Source of the DNA: Planctomycetota bacterium | GTDB lineage: Bacteria; Planctomycetota; Phycisphaerae; UBA1845 | NCBI GenBank assembly: GCA_022563615.1 | Contig: JADFMZ010000001.1 | Coordinates: forward strand, 1-33,233 | Direction of reading: 5' to 3' | Length of the DNA stretch: 33,233 nt | Shown here: piece by piece, positions 1 to 8,375 of the stretch | Numbering within the stretch: the stretch's first letter is position 1 | Layout of the letters: the number at the start of each line of letters is the position of its first letter | Notes under the pieces: generated by a model | The model's database searches: none | What the model saw: the letters and a program-made list of their open reading frames with translations, nothing else | What the model was told of the DNA's origin: nothing | Program-made: the position numbers and the translations under genes

Positions 1-107
1 TCAAACGCTTCCCCATTGCTTTCGGGACCGGATTTCATTATCAATCTATTCCCACGGCATGGCGCGATCAGTAGGGCTGGGCTCAAGGGGACTCCTGCGA
101 TTCGTCC

Positions 108-2000
108 TTGACAACAAGCGTCGGCCGGGATGCGTTAAGAGGTAAAGCTTTGTCGCAACGATATGACATCATCGTCATCGGCGGCGGTCATGCGGGGGTG
201 GAGGCGGCCTGGGCGGCGTCGAGACTCGCAGCGCGAACGGCGCTGGTGACGATGCAATATGAGGCCATCGGACGCATGTCCTGCAACCCCGCCATCGGCG
301 GGCTCGGCAAGGGGCACATGGTCCGCGAGATCGACGCCCTCGGCGGATTGATGGGCCTGGCCACCGATCGCGCCGGTATCCAGTTCCGAATGCTCAATCG
401 ATCGAAAGGGCCAGCCGTCTGGGCGCCGCGTGCCCAGTGCGATCGCAAGGCGTATCCCAAGGCCGTCCAAACGCTCCTGGCGTCAGCGACGCACTTGGAT
501 GTCGTGGAAGGCTTGATCGAAACGATCGTCACCCAAGAACGGTCGGGCGAGGGGGCGGCCAAGCGCGTATGCGGCGTGCTCCTCAAGGACGGGCGACGGC
601 TCCATGCCGACGTCGTGATCCTGACGACGGGCACGTTCCTTCGGGCGTTGATGCATTGCGGCCCACAACAATCCGAAGGCGGGCGGGTCGGTGAGCCCAG
701 CGCGGTCGGATTGAGCGCCTGCCTCAAGGCGCTGGGGTTTACACTAGGACGACTCAAAACCGGTACGCCGCCGCGCGTTCATCGAGACACGGTTGATTTC
801 GAGCAATGCGAAGTTCAACCGGGCGACGACGTGCCGATCCCGTTTTCAGCCATGACCGACGCAATCACCCAACCGCAGGTCAATTGCTGGATAACATGGA
901 CCAATGCCCGCGTTCATGAACCGATCCGAGCCAACCTGCATCGCGCGCCGATGTATTCGGGACAAATCCAATCACGGGGACCACGATACTGCCCCAGCAT
1001 CGAGGACAAGATCGTTCGCTTTGCCGACAAGCCAAGGCACCAGATCTTTCTGGAGCCGGAAGGAACGGACGATGAACGCATCTACTGCAACGGCATCAGC
1101 ACGTCGCTGCCGCAGGATGTGCAGGACGCCTTCCTCCGCGAAGTGCCAGGCTTGCAACACGCGAAGATTCTGCAATACGGCTACGCGGTCGAGTACGATT
1201 TCGTACCCACTCACCAGACCCGGCTATCCCTGGAAACCAAGCTCGTAAGCGGGCTGTTCCTCGCCGGGCAGATCAACGGGACGAGCGGCTACGAGGAAGC
1301 CGCCGGACAGGGCGTCATTGCCGGCATCAACGCCGTGCGATCCCTGCAACCCGGTACGGAACCGTTCACGCTTGGCCGGGATCAAGCCTACCTCGGCGTG
1401 ATGATCGACGACATTATCACTCGACCACCGCCTGAGCCCTATCGCATGTTCACCTCGCGGGCCGAATACCGGCTCCTACTTCGCTCGGACAACGCCGACG
1501 AACGCCTGACCCCGATCGGCCGCGAACTGGGCCTCGTGGATGACGCACGGTGGAAGCGATTCTCGGCGAAGGATCGATCTCTTACGACGATTCGCCAGCT
1601 TTGCAGGAAAAACCGGTTCGAGGGCGTCGAAATGGAAACATGGTTGCGACGCCCCGACGTGAAGTTGGCTGCCCTTGCCGAAGTCCTCGCCCGGATCACC
1701 CCTCAAACCTTTTGCGCCGATGCCGTCCGCCAGGTGCTCGTCGAGGCGAAATACAGCGGGTACGTGGATCGCCAAGCCAAGCAAATTGAGCGGTTCCGCC
1801 GCCTTGAGTCCCTGGCGATCCCCTTGGGGACCGACTACGGCGTCATGACCGGTCTGCGTCACGAAGCACGGGAACGGTTGGGGCAAGTCGCACCTGCCAC
1901 GCTCGGGCAGGCCTCTCGCATCAGCGGCATCAGCCCGGCTGACATTACGACATTGTGGATCTACCTCACCGGACGTCGCGCCACTCGGACCTCGGCTTGA
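108..2000 (+). CDS. mnmG: tRNA uridine 5-carboxymethylaminomethyl modification enzyme MnmG (GidA)
   Basis: 630-aa ORF with the N-terminal FAD Rossmann motif DIIVIGGGHAGVEAA and conserved MnmG blocks (SCNPAIGG, GPRYCPSIEDK, FLAGQINGTSGYEEAA). Length is typical of the family. The start may be TTG 108 or TTG 150. Confidence 0.95.
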   Translation: MTTSVGRDALRGKALSQRYDIIVIGGGHAGVEAAWAASRLAARTALVTMQYEAIGRMSCNPAIGGLGKGHMVREIDALGGLMGLATDRAGIQFRMLNRSKGPAVWAPRAQCDRKAYPKAVQTLLASATHLDVVEGLIETIVTQERSGEGAAKRVCGVLLKDGRRLHADVVILTTGTFLRALMHCGPQQSEGGRVGEPSAVGLSACLKALGFTLGRLKTGTPPRVHRDTVDFEQCEVQPGDDVPIPFSAMTDAITQPQVNCWITWTNARVHEPIRANLHRAPMYSGQIQSRGPRYCPSIEDKIVRFADKPRHQIFLEPEGTDDERIYCNGISTSLPQDVQDAFLREVPGLQHAKILQYGYAVEYDFVPTHQTRLSLETKLVSGLFLAGQINGTSGYEEAAGQGVIAGINAVRSLQPGTEPFTLGRDQAYLGVMIDDIITRPPPEPYRMFTSRAEYRLLLRSDNADERLTPIGRELGLVDDARWKRFSAKDRSLTTIRQLCRKNRFEGVEMETWLRRPDVKLAALAEVLARITPQTFCADAVRQVLVEAKYSGYVDRQAKQIERFRRLESLAIPLGTDYGVMTGLRHEARERLGQVAPATLGQASRISGISPADITTLWIYLTGRRATRTSA

Positions 2001-2196
2001 AGGAATCCGCCGTCCTGAAATAACGGGACTTCATCGCTTGCAGGCAACTCGTCGGTCCATTCGTTACAGTGCCCCTTGCAGATTTTTTCGTTGACGCCGG
2101 ATGCTGCAATGTGTATCGTATAGGAAACATGGGGAACCTGGACAATATGCGTCGGGTTGGAATCCTCGGTTCGGGCAACATATATGGTCCAAGCGA

Positions 2197-2787
2197 ATGA
2201 ACGTCATGTCGGATATTCGAAACAAGTCGGTATTCACCACCGGTGAGGTGGCGCAGATCTGCAGGGTGAGCCAGCAGACGGTCATCCGCTGCTTCGACAG
2301 CGGACGGCTACAGGGATTCCGCGTTCCCGGATCGCGATTCCGGCGCATCCCGCGCGCTTCTCTGGTCACGTTCATGAAGACGAACCAGATCCCGCTCGAC
2401 AAACTTGAGACCGGTAGGAAGCGGGTTCTTGTTGTGGATGACGACGAAGCCATCGTGGAGATGTTTACCGAGCTGCTGGCGCGTCACGGCCAATTTGAGG
2501 TCAAGACCGCCCGAACCGGCTACGACGCCGGAATCCTTACCGAGCAGTTCAGGCCCGATGTCATCCTGCTGGATTTCAAGCTGCCCGACATCAATGGAAA
2601 CGTCGTATGCCGTACCATTCGAAGCAACCCGAACTACGAACACATACACATTATCGTCATCAGCGGCGTTGCAGATCCGGATGAGGTCAAGGAGTTGTTA
2701 GCGGCGGGGGCCAACGAATTCATACGCAAGCCGTTTGATATCAACGCCGTGATTTCACGCATCGCCGAAGCGGTCAAGGTCGCGTAG
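2197..2787 (+). CDS. Response regulator with N-terminal excisionase/MerR-like HTH and C-terminal receiver domain
   Basis: The segment VFTTGEVAQICRVSQQTVIRCFDSGRLQGFRVPGSRFRRIP resembles the excisionase-family HTH. It is followed by a canonical receiver (VLVVDDDE, ILLDFKLPDING, VISG, RKPF). I prefer ATG 2197 over the ORF-track start 2101. Confidence 0.85.
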   Translation: MNVMSDIRNKSVFTTGEVAQICRVSQQTVIRCFDSGRLQGFRVPGSRFRRIPRASLVTFMKTNQIPLDKLETGRKRVLVVDDDEAIVEMFTELLARHGQFEVKTARTGYDAGILTEQFRPDVILLDFKLPDINGNVVCRTIRSNPNYEHIHIIVISGVADPDEVKELLAAGANEFIRKPFDINAVISRIAEAVKVA

Positions 2788-2901
2788 TACTCCATTAGAT
2801 TTCATTGTACAGGTTGGGCACGGCTCCGACAGTGCGAGGCTCCCGGCGAGCCGTAACTGGGGGAAAACGCAGAGGTCACCTTTGCGCTGCCTTACTGCTT
2901 G

Positions 2902-2977
2902 GAACCTATCCCAATAAGTGTGGCACGGGTTTGCAACCCGTGCGTTTCACCGGCTCAGCAGGAGCTTCGCCCTCCCG
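2902..2977 (+). repeat. Intergenic modular palindromic repeat, copy A (first module plus the gagcttcgccctcccg module)
   Basis: gaacctatcccaataagtgtggcacgggtttgcaacccgtgcgtttcaccggct is near-identical to the reverse complement of 9944-10044 and to 23291-23345. It contains the hairpin gcacgggtt-tgc-aacccgtgc. The tail gagcttcgccctcccg (2962-2977) recurs at 6058-6073. Confidence 0.7.
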
Positions 2978-3001
2978 CTGGATCATCCGGAGCGGATTTC
3001 G

Positions 3002-5311
3002 ATGAGACCCCTGGCCACCATGGAAACGACCCTTGCAGAGGTTCGACCTCCCCGCGCGGCGCGTGAGGCGCCGGTGCCGGTCCGCGTGGGATTAATCCTG
3101 CACCATCTGGACCAACTTCCGACCCTGCCGGCCGTGGCCGCTCGACTGTTGGAGCTGACCGGATCGAATGATTCCTGCGCCCAAGACGTGATTGAGATTG
3201 TCGAGTCCGATCCGTCGCTCACGGCGGCTGTTCTGCGTTTGGTGCGCCGGGCGGATCTGGGAGTCAGTGACCGCACCATGACCGTACACCGTGCGGTGGT
3301 GCTGTTGGGATTCACGGTCATACGCAACCTGGTGCTGTCAATTTACGTCTTCGACACGCTGAGTCAGCGTGAAAAATCTGCATCGGTCCACCGGGAGGGA
3401 ATTCGGAAGCACAGTTTAGCGGTTGCCTGCGTGGCGGACATGCTGGCTGGGCACATCGGTCCGCCGATGGTCGCCGGCGAGGCGTTTGTTTGCGGCCTGT
3501 TGCATGACATCGGCAAAATCGCGTTGGATGCCTGCCTACCCAAGAGCTACCTCCGCGTCATCGAACGTGTGGATCGGGAACGCGCCTGTATCTGCGACGT
3601 CGAGCAGGAATTGTTCGGCTTGGACCATACGGTAGCGGGGCGGAGATTGGCCGCACGATGGAAGCTTTCCGATCCCATCCTGGAATGCATCTGGCTGCAC
3701 CACCAAAGCGCGAATGCACTCGTAGATAGCGTGGCCCATCCGCAACTTGTACGCACCGTGCATTTGGCGGACAGCCTGGTGCGAATGCACGGTATCGGCT
3801 ACTCCGGATACCCGATCATCAACGACGTCGATGAACTTCTCACGGAGCTGGGTCTAGGTGAAGAGGTTCCGGTAGAGGTGATGGCCCGGCTTCCGGAACG
3901 CATCAAGCCGTTCATCGATATCCAAAACCCGCAAGATTCGTCCACCGACCCATGCTCGTGGCAGTCGCTCACCAACGTGAATCGCCAGCTCGGCCAGATC
4001 AACACGAAGCTGCGTGAGCGAAATCGCGACCTGGAACTCCGCTCGGAGATTTTCGAAACATTGCACCGATTTACCCATCGATGCTCTCGGGAGGACGGCG
4101 TCGGAGACGTCTGTGCCGCAGCGGCGGAGGCCATCCGAGCGATGGTCGATGCCCAATGCGCCGTCGCCTTCGCGGGAGATCCGTCGCAACCGTTCGTGCA
4201 CGTTGGGGTCTCGAACAACAGCGACCCGCAAGCTGGCCTAATACCGCAACCGCTGGTGGACGTCATCGACTTGGGTAGCCCTCTGGAAGTGGAGGGCCTG
4301 CTTGAAGGCGCGTCGGTGGGCCAACTGGCCCCCGCTTCCGAGCATTGCGAGCCGATCTGGCAACAATGCGGCCCCAAGTCCAGTGAAGGCCGGTTATGGA
4401 TGCTGCCGATCGCATGCGAGCCCGGTTGGATCAGCGCGGTCCTGTTCAATGATTGTGACGACTCCGTCCGGCGGTTTCTATCCGCCCGGGTGGAGTGCGA
4501 GGCTTTGACGTCCTCCGTCCGCCTGGCGCTGTCGTCGGCCAATACCCGCGTGGCGTCGGAGCGGATGAACCAGGAGCTACTGGACTCCAATCGTCGAGTG
4601 CGTGCGGCCCAACAGTCCCTGGTGCGCACCCATTCCATCGCCATGATTGCGGAAATGGCTTCAGGCGCGGCCCACGAGATGAATAACCCACTCGCCGTCA
4701 TCTCCGGGCGAGCGCAGCTCATGCTCGCGCAATACGAGGATCCGGAACTGGCGCGATCGCTGCGCATCATTGTCGAGCAGACCCAACGGGCGTCGGGGAT
4801 CGTGAACGACCTGATGGGATTTGCCAAGCCCGCACCGCCCCAATCCCTCGTACAAACTCTCTATGACATGTTGGACATGCTCTGCCAGCATTGGCGGACC
4901 ACCTTCAAGCTGACGGAGCACCAACTGATGCTCTCCGTCAACGACCCGCGCGTCACCGTCTACGCGGATCTGGATCAACTTCGGGAGATCCTCACGGCGC
5001 TGGTGACCAACGCGGTGGAGGCCACCTCCGGCGAAACCACCCGGCTACAGGTCAACTCGCCCTCCTCCCTTTCCGATGAAACTGTCCGGATTGTGATACG
5101 CGACAACGGTGTGGGCATGACCCGCGATGTCTTGGAGCACGCTCTGGACCCGCTCTTCTCCAGCCGACCCGCCGGACGGGGGCGGGGCCTGGGTCTGTCA
5201 CGTGCTTACCGGCTTGCGGAAATCAACGGCGGACGTCTGTGGCTCGAATCAACACCCGGCCAGGGCACGACGGTAACTCTCGAGCTACCGGTCCGCGCAC
5301 CGCAAGACTGA
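3002..5311 (+). CDS. Sensor histidine kinase with N-terminal HDOD domain and central GAF-like region
   Basis: HDOD-like N-terminus (LPTLPAVAARLLEL, DPSLTAAVLRLV, LLHDIGK). A central GAF-like region runs roughly from EIFETLHRF to WISAVLFND. The HisKA H-box is AAHEMNNPLAVISG, and the HATPase_c boxes are LVTNAVEA, RDNGVGM and GRGLGLS. I chose ATG 3002 because ORF-track residues encoded by 2918-3001 are translated repeat DNA. Confidence 0.85.
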   Translation: MRPLATMETTLAEVRPPRAAREAPVPVRVGLILHHLDQLPTLPAVAARLLELTGSNDSCAQDVIEIVESDPSLTAAVLRLVRRADLGVSDRTMTVHRAVVLLGFTVIRNLVLSIYVFDTLSQREKSASVHREGIRKHSLAVACVADMLAGHIGPPMVAGEAFVCGLLHDIGKIALDACLPKSYLRVIERVDRERACICDVEQELFGLDHTVAGRRLAARWKLSDPILECIWLHHQSANALVDSVAHPQLVRTVHLADSLVRMHGIGYSGYPIINDVDELLTELGLGEEVPVEVMARLPERIKPFIDIQNPQDSSTDPCSWQSLTNVNRQLGQINTKLRERNRDLELRSEIFETLHRFTHRCSREDGVGDVCAAAAEAIRAMVDAQCAVAFAGDPSQPFVHVGVSNNSDPQAGLIPQPLVDVIDLGSPLEVEGLLEGASVGQLAPASEHCEPIWQQCGPKSSEGRLWMLPIACEPGWISAVLFNDCDDSVRRFLSARVECEALTSSVRLALSSANTRVASERMNQELLDSNRRVRAAQQSLVRTHSIAMIAEMASGAAHEMNNPLAVISGRAQLMLAQYEDPELARSLRIIVEQTQRASGIVNDLMGFAKPAPPQSLVQTLYDMLDMLCQHWRTTFKLTEHQLMLSVNDPRVTVYADLDQLREILTALVTNAVEATSGETTRLQVNSPSSLSDETVRIVIRDNGVGMTRDVLEHALDPLFSSRPAGRGRGLGLSRAYRLAEINGGRLWLESTPGQGTTVTLELPVRAPQD

Positions 5312-5504
5312 CTTCAACATCCCAGTGCCGATCGCCCCGCAATCCTTTGTTCGGGGACGAAACTCCGTTCGACCGCCGATGCACTTCGGCTCAAACCCGG
5401 TTCGCATTCTGTAAGAATCCAATTTGCGAGTTGGCGGGCGTTTGGGGAAGGCAGTACGCCTTTTGCACGTTGACGAAGCACCGTTACAAGTCGGATAGGC
5501 CCAA

Positions 5505-6041
5505 GTGAACCCAATGCCGCAAAAAATCCTCGTCGTCGAGCCGGAACCGGAGATCGTGGAAATCCTCGTGGCTTCCCTGTCGCGACGCGTGCACGCCAGG
5601 ATTACATGCGTGGCTGACGCACAGGCATGCCTGGATAGTGAACTCCTTGAGCCGCACGACCTGATCATCACGGAGCTCGAGCTTGGCGATTCCGACGGGC
5701 TGCGACTGGCGCGGGAGCTGATGTCGCTCGGCTCCCGGCCGATCATCCTTCTGGCGGACCACGCAACCTGTTCCGAGACGATCGAGGCAATGCGCCTGGG
5801 GATTCGAGACGTTTTTCGCAAGCCCTTTCCCGTGGACGAACTGTTGGATTCCGTAGATCGACTGGTTCGCGCCCAAGTGGAAACCCGCCGGCGCGCCGCC
5901 AGGTATCACCGCATGCGCGAACTGGTGCGCCATGTCGTTCGCGAACGCCGCAGCCTGAATCGACGGGTCGAACTTGTCTGCCGGGATCTCGTCGGCGCCC
6001 ATCGCCGACTGGTCCGCCGCGTGACCGGGACTCAGGGTTAA
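5505..6041 (+). CDS. Atypical (pseudo-)receiver domain protein with Arg-rich helical C-terminus
   Basis: The fold pattern is CheY-like (KILVVEPEPE, DLIITELELGDSDG, IILLADH, VFRKPF), but the phospho-acceptor Asp position is Glu and the acidic pocket and Thr/Ser positions are substituted. The start is GTG 5505 or ATG 5514. Confidence 0.75.
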   Translation: MNPMPQKILVVEPEPEIVEILVASLSRRVHARITCVADAQACLDSELLEPHDLIITELELGDSDGLRLARELMSLGSRPIILLADHATCSETIEAMRLGIRDVFRKPFPVDELLDSVDRLVRAQVETRRRAARYHRMRELVRHVVRERRSLNRRVELVCRDLVGAHRRLVRRVTGTQG

Positions 6042-6057
6042 GCCCCCCGGACAGTAA

Positions 6058-6073
6058 GAGCTTCGCCCTCCCG
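6058..6073. repeat. Short repeat module gagcttcgccctcccg shared with 2962-2977
   Basis: Exact 16-nt identity with 2962-2977. Both copies are intergenic, and this one lies just after the stop of the preceding gene. Confidence 0.4.
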
Positions 6074-6308
6074 GAACAACCCCTCAGTTCAAGTTTGACG
6101 GAGCACAAAGAAAAAGACTGCTCTCGCTTGAATCGGTTAGCTCGTCCGGATACGATGGCATAGAAGGGAAACTCAGGGATATAGGCCTAGCGAACTATTG
6201 CTCGCTGGATCTGGGATTTGCCCTGGGGGATTAGCATTTGGTCTTTCACAGTTGGCCGGGATCCAACCGTTTGAAGGCGGGTTCCCGAGCAAGCGACGGG
6301 AGCCCATC

Positions 6309-7289
6309 ATGTTGGCACTTCACACGAAATTGGCTGTAGGAGCATCGTGTATAGTAGTATGTACGTGCACGGCTGCTGCATCGGCTGCCTCGTTCTCTCT
6401 CAAAGCTGTGAGTATTAACGGCACTCCGATCCCACCGTCGAGCTATGTGGCGGCGTATCCCGAGGACATAATCGAATGCGAGATCTTCGTATCCGATTGG
6501 GGCACCGAGTCCTTTTGCGGCGACTCAAGCGACAACGTCAGTGATCGTTGCATTTCCGATGACGACTGTGAGAACGGCCAATGCGACGAATTCCGTGTCC
6601 GGGGCTACCAGGCGGACGTCGCCTTGACACCTGCCGAAGCGACGGGCACGCGCGAACTGCTCAACATGCCGTCGGTCGCAACGTTGGTTGCAGAAGGCGC
6701 CGGCTCATACGCCGACGTACTCCAATCTGATTTCTGGCGGCCGCAGCGCTTTTGCAGCCGTGCGATCCCCTGCCCGCTCGGCTACCATTGTCTCTTCTTT
6801 CCGCGCCTTTTGGCCCAGCGAATGTCACGTTTGGGGGTGTGTCGCTCCGATGGTCTTTCGGACAATCCGGTCGCCCTATCATACATCGATATTACGAGAC
6901 CGGACTTCATCTTAAGGGGCGTGCGGGAATTCATTGTGGCCGTTGACACACACGATCCCGTCCGTTTCCTAGGTCTCACATTCTACACTGAAGACGCCGT
7001 TTGGGATAGGGGCCTGCCCCTCTATCTGGGAACACTTTTCGTCAAGGCGGGCCAAGTTGGTGGGAACGAGATGGATCCGTGCGGACCGAGGGAGCTTTCG
7101 TTTGCCCCATACCCCGACGACCCTTGTATCGGCAGCGCCTTGATGGGTCAGTGGGAAACCGACGAGTTCCTGCTGATTTGCGAGCCTCATCTCGAATCCC
7201 TTACCATCGAGATTCTGTGCCCGCAACTGGATGGACCGAGCCGTAGCAGAACGAGCGTCCGAAAGAAAACTACGCTGTCGGGACGTTAG
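6309..7289 (+). CDS. Hypothetical secreted Cys-rich protein
   Basis: ATG 6309 gives a signal-peptide-like N-terminus (MLALHTKLAVGASCIVVCTCTAAASAAS). There are many Cys residues and an acidic Cys-rich stretch (CGDSSDNVSDRCISDDDCENGQCDE). I recognise no family. The region looks somewhat A/T-richer than its flanks. Confidence 0.6.
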   Translation: MLALHTKLAVGASCIVVCTCTAAASAASFSLKAVSINGTPIPPSSYVAAYPEDIIECEIFVSDWGTESFCGDSSDNVSDRCISDDDCENGQCDEFRVRGYQADVALTPAEATGTRELLNMPSVATLVAEGAGSYADVLQSDFWRPQRFCSRAIPCPLGYHCLFFPRLLAQRMSRLGVCRSDGLSDNPVALSYIDITRPDFILRGVREFIVAVDTHDPVRFLGLTFYTEDAVWDRGLPLYLGTLFVKAGQVGGNEMDPCGPRELSFAPYPDDPCIGSALMGQWETDEFLLICEPHLESLTIEILCPQLDGPSRSRTSVRKKTTLSGR

Positions 7290-7498
7290 CTTCATCCGTC
7301 CGCGAGTACGACGCCCCGCATGTATCGAATCATGTTGTTCCGACGGTAGCCGAAATACTCGCCCAAGGTGGCGGCATCGGTCATCACAGCCGTCGAAATC
7401 CTAAGACTCGCCGACCGAACGTCGCGCCTCAGATAGCGTTCAGCCCAATGTCTAGCACCCTGGCAAGTCGATGTTGGATGCAACGCGGCGCAAATCGC

Positions 7499-7936
7499 CT
7501 ACCGCCACAATATCAGGAGCAGATCAAATAGGATCACGGCCGTCAGGAAGATTGCAATTCGTAGGGCCAGGATGGTTTTTCGGGACGAAGGTTTCAGCAG
7601 GCGCAGGGCGTTACGCCTCGCCGTCGCATTGCCGTGGATCATGGCTTGGTCGCGGCACGATTCCAACAATCGACTGGCCTGATGGACGGAAAGTCCCATT
7701 TCGACCGCGCAGCGTTCGATTTGGCGGCGCCGAGCGGGCGTGAGCCGACCGGCGCTAAGCTCATCCGCAACCAGCCGACGAAGGATTTCCTGAACGCCGA
7801 TAAGCGGCACGAACGCAGGCAGGTCGCCGCCAACTTGATCCGATGATGTAGCCCTCGCGTCTCTTGCACGGGGTGCGTGCATGGCCTTCCCCTCCCCTCT
7901 CAACCCAATCCTAGGCCCGGCAATCGGGGCAGGCAC
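7499..7936 (-). CDS. Hypothetical C-terminally membrane-anchored protein
   Basis: 145-aa ORF with a single C-terminal hydrophobic segment (ILALRIAIFLTAVILFDLLLILW). An alternative ATG lies 18 codons downstream of the ORF-track start. I recognise no family. Confidence 0.45.
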   Translation of the reverse strand: MPAPIAGPRIGLRGEGKAMHAPRARDARATSSDQVGGDLPAFVPLIGVQEILRRLVADELSAGRLTPARRRQIERCAVEMGLSVHQASRLLESCRDQAMIHGNATARRNALRLLKPSSRKTILALRIAIFLTAVILFDLLLILWR

Positions 7937-8375
7937 CGTAGCGCGCCGATCTTCATCGTGGGCGGCTCTGACGTGATCCCGCGATCCCTTTTACCGGCCT
8001 CGGAAGCGTTGGATCGTCTGATAAGGCGACGTTGTCGATGGAAAGCGACGGCGCATGCGCGGTTCTGATGACGCTTCCCATCAGACGGGTTGCAACACAA
8101 GAGTTCCGCATGATGAACGGGACATCCTGACTATCGCGAAGGTATGGCTGACTCGGAAAAGATGGTGTGCCATGCGTTACAGCGTTCTCATTGATTGTGT
8201 ATGGCCATTTCGGGAAAATATCGCGGAAAAAACGGTCGTCGGACCGCCACAGAAAAATAGAGCTTGCTCTGGTATGGATCAGGGTTCTGACGCATGATCT
8301 AGCCGGTTCGAGTTCAGGGTGATGTGTCCCATTCGGCCGGCAGCATCCGGCCACAGCCGTTGCGTGGATCATTCA

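Noticed and set aside
3799-4827. Long antisense ORFs inside well-supported genes, for example 3799..4827 (-), 17006..17782 (-), 18259..18984 (-), 22556..23317 (-), 25976..26878 (-) and 30321..31079 (-).
   Set aside because: These are typical shadow ORFs of high-G+C DNA. They are Arg/Pro/Ser/Gly-rich and sit opposite genes with clear family signatures.
7953-8372. ORFs 7953..8372 (-) and 8055..8297 (+) in the gap before the flippase gene, and ORF 7292..7483 (-).
   Set aside because: The translations show no domain-like patterns, and two of the ORFs overlap each other on opposite strands. I treat them as non-coding or unresolved.
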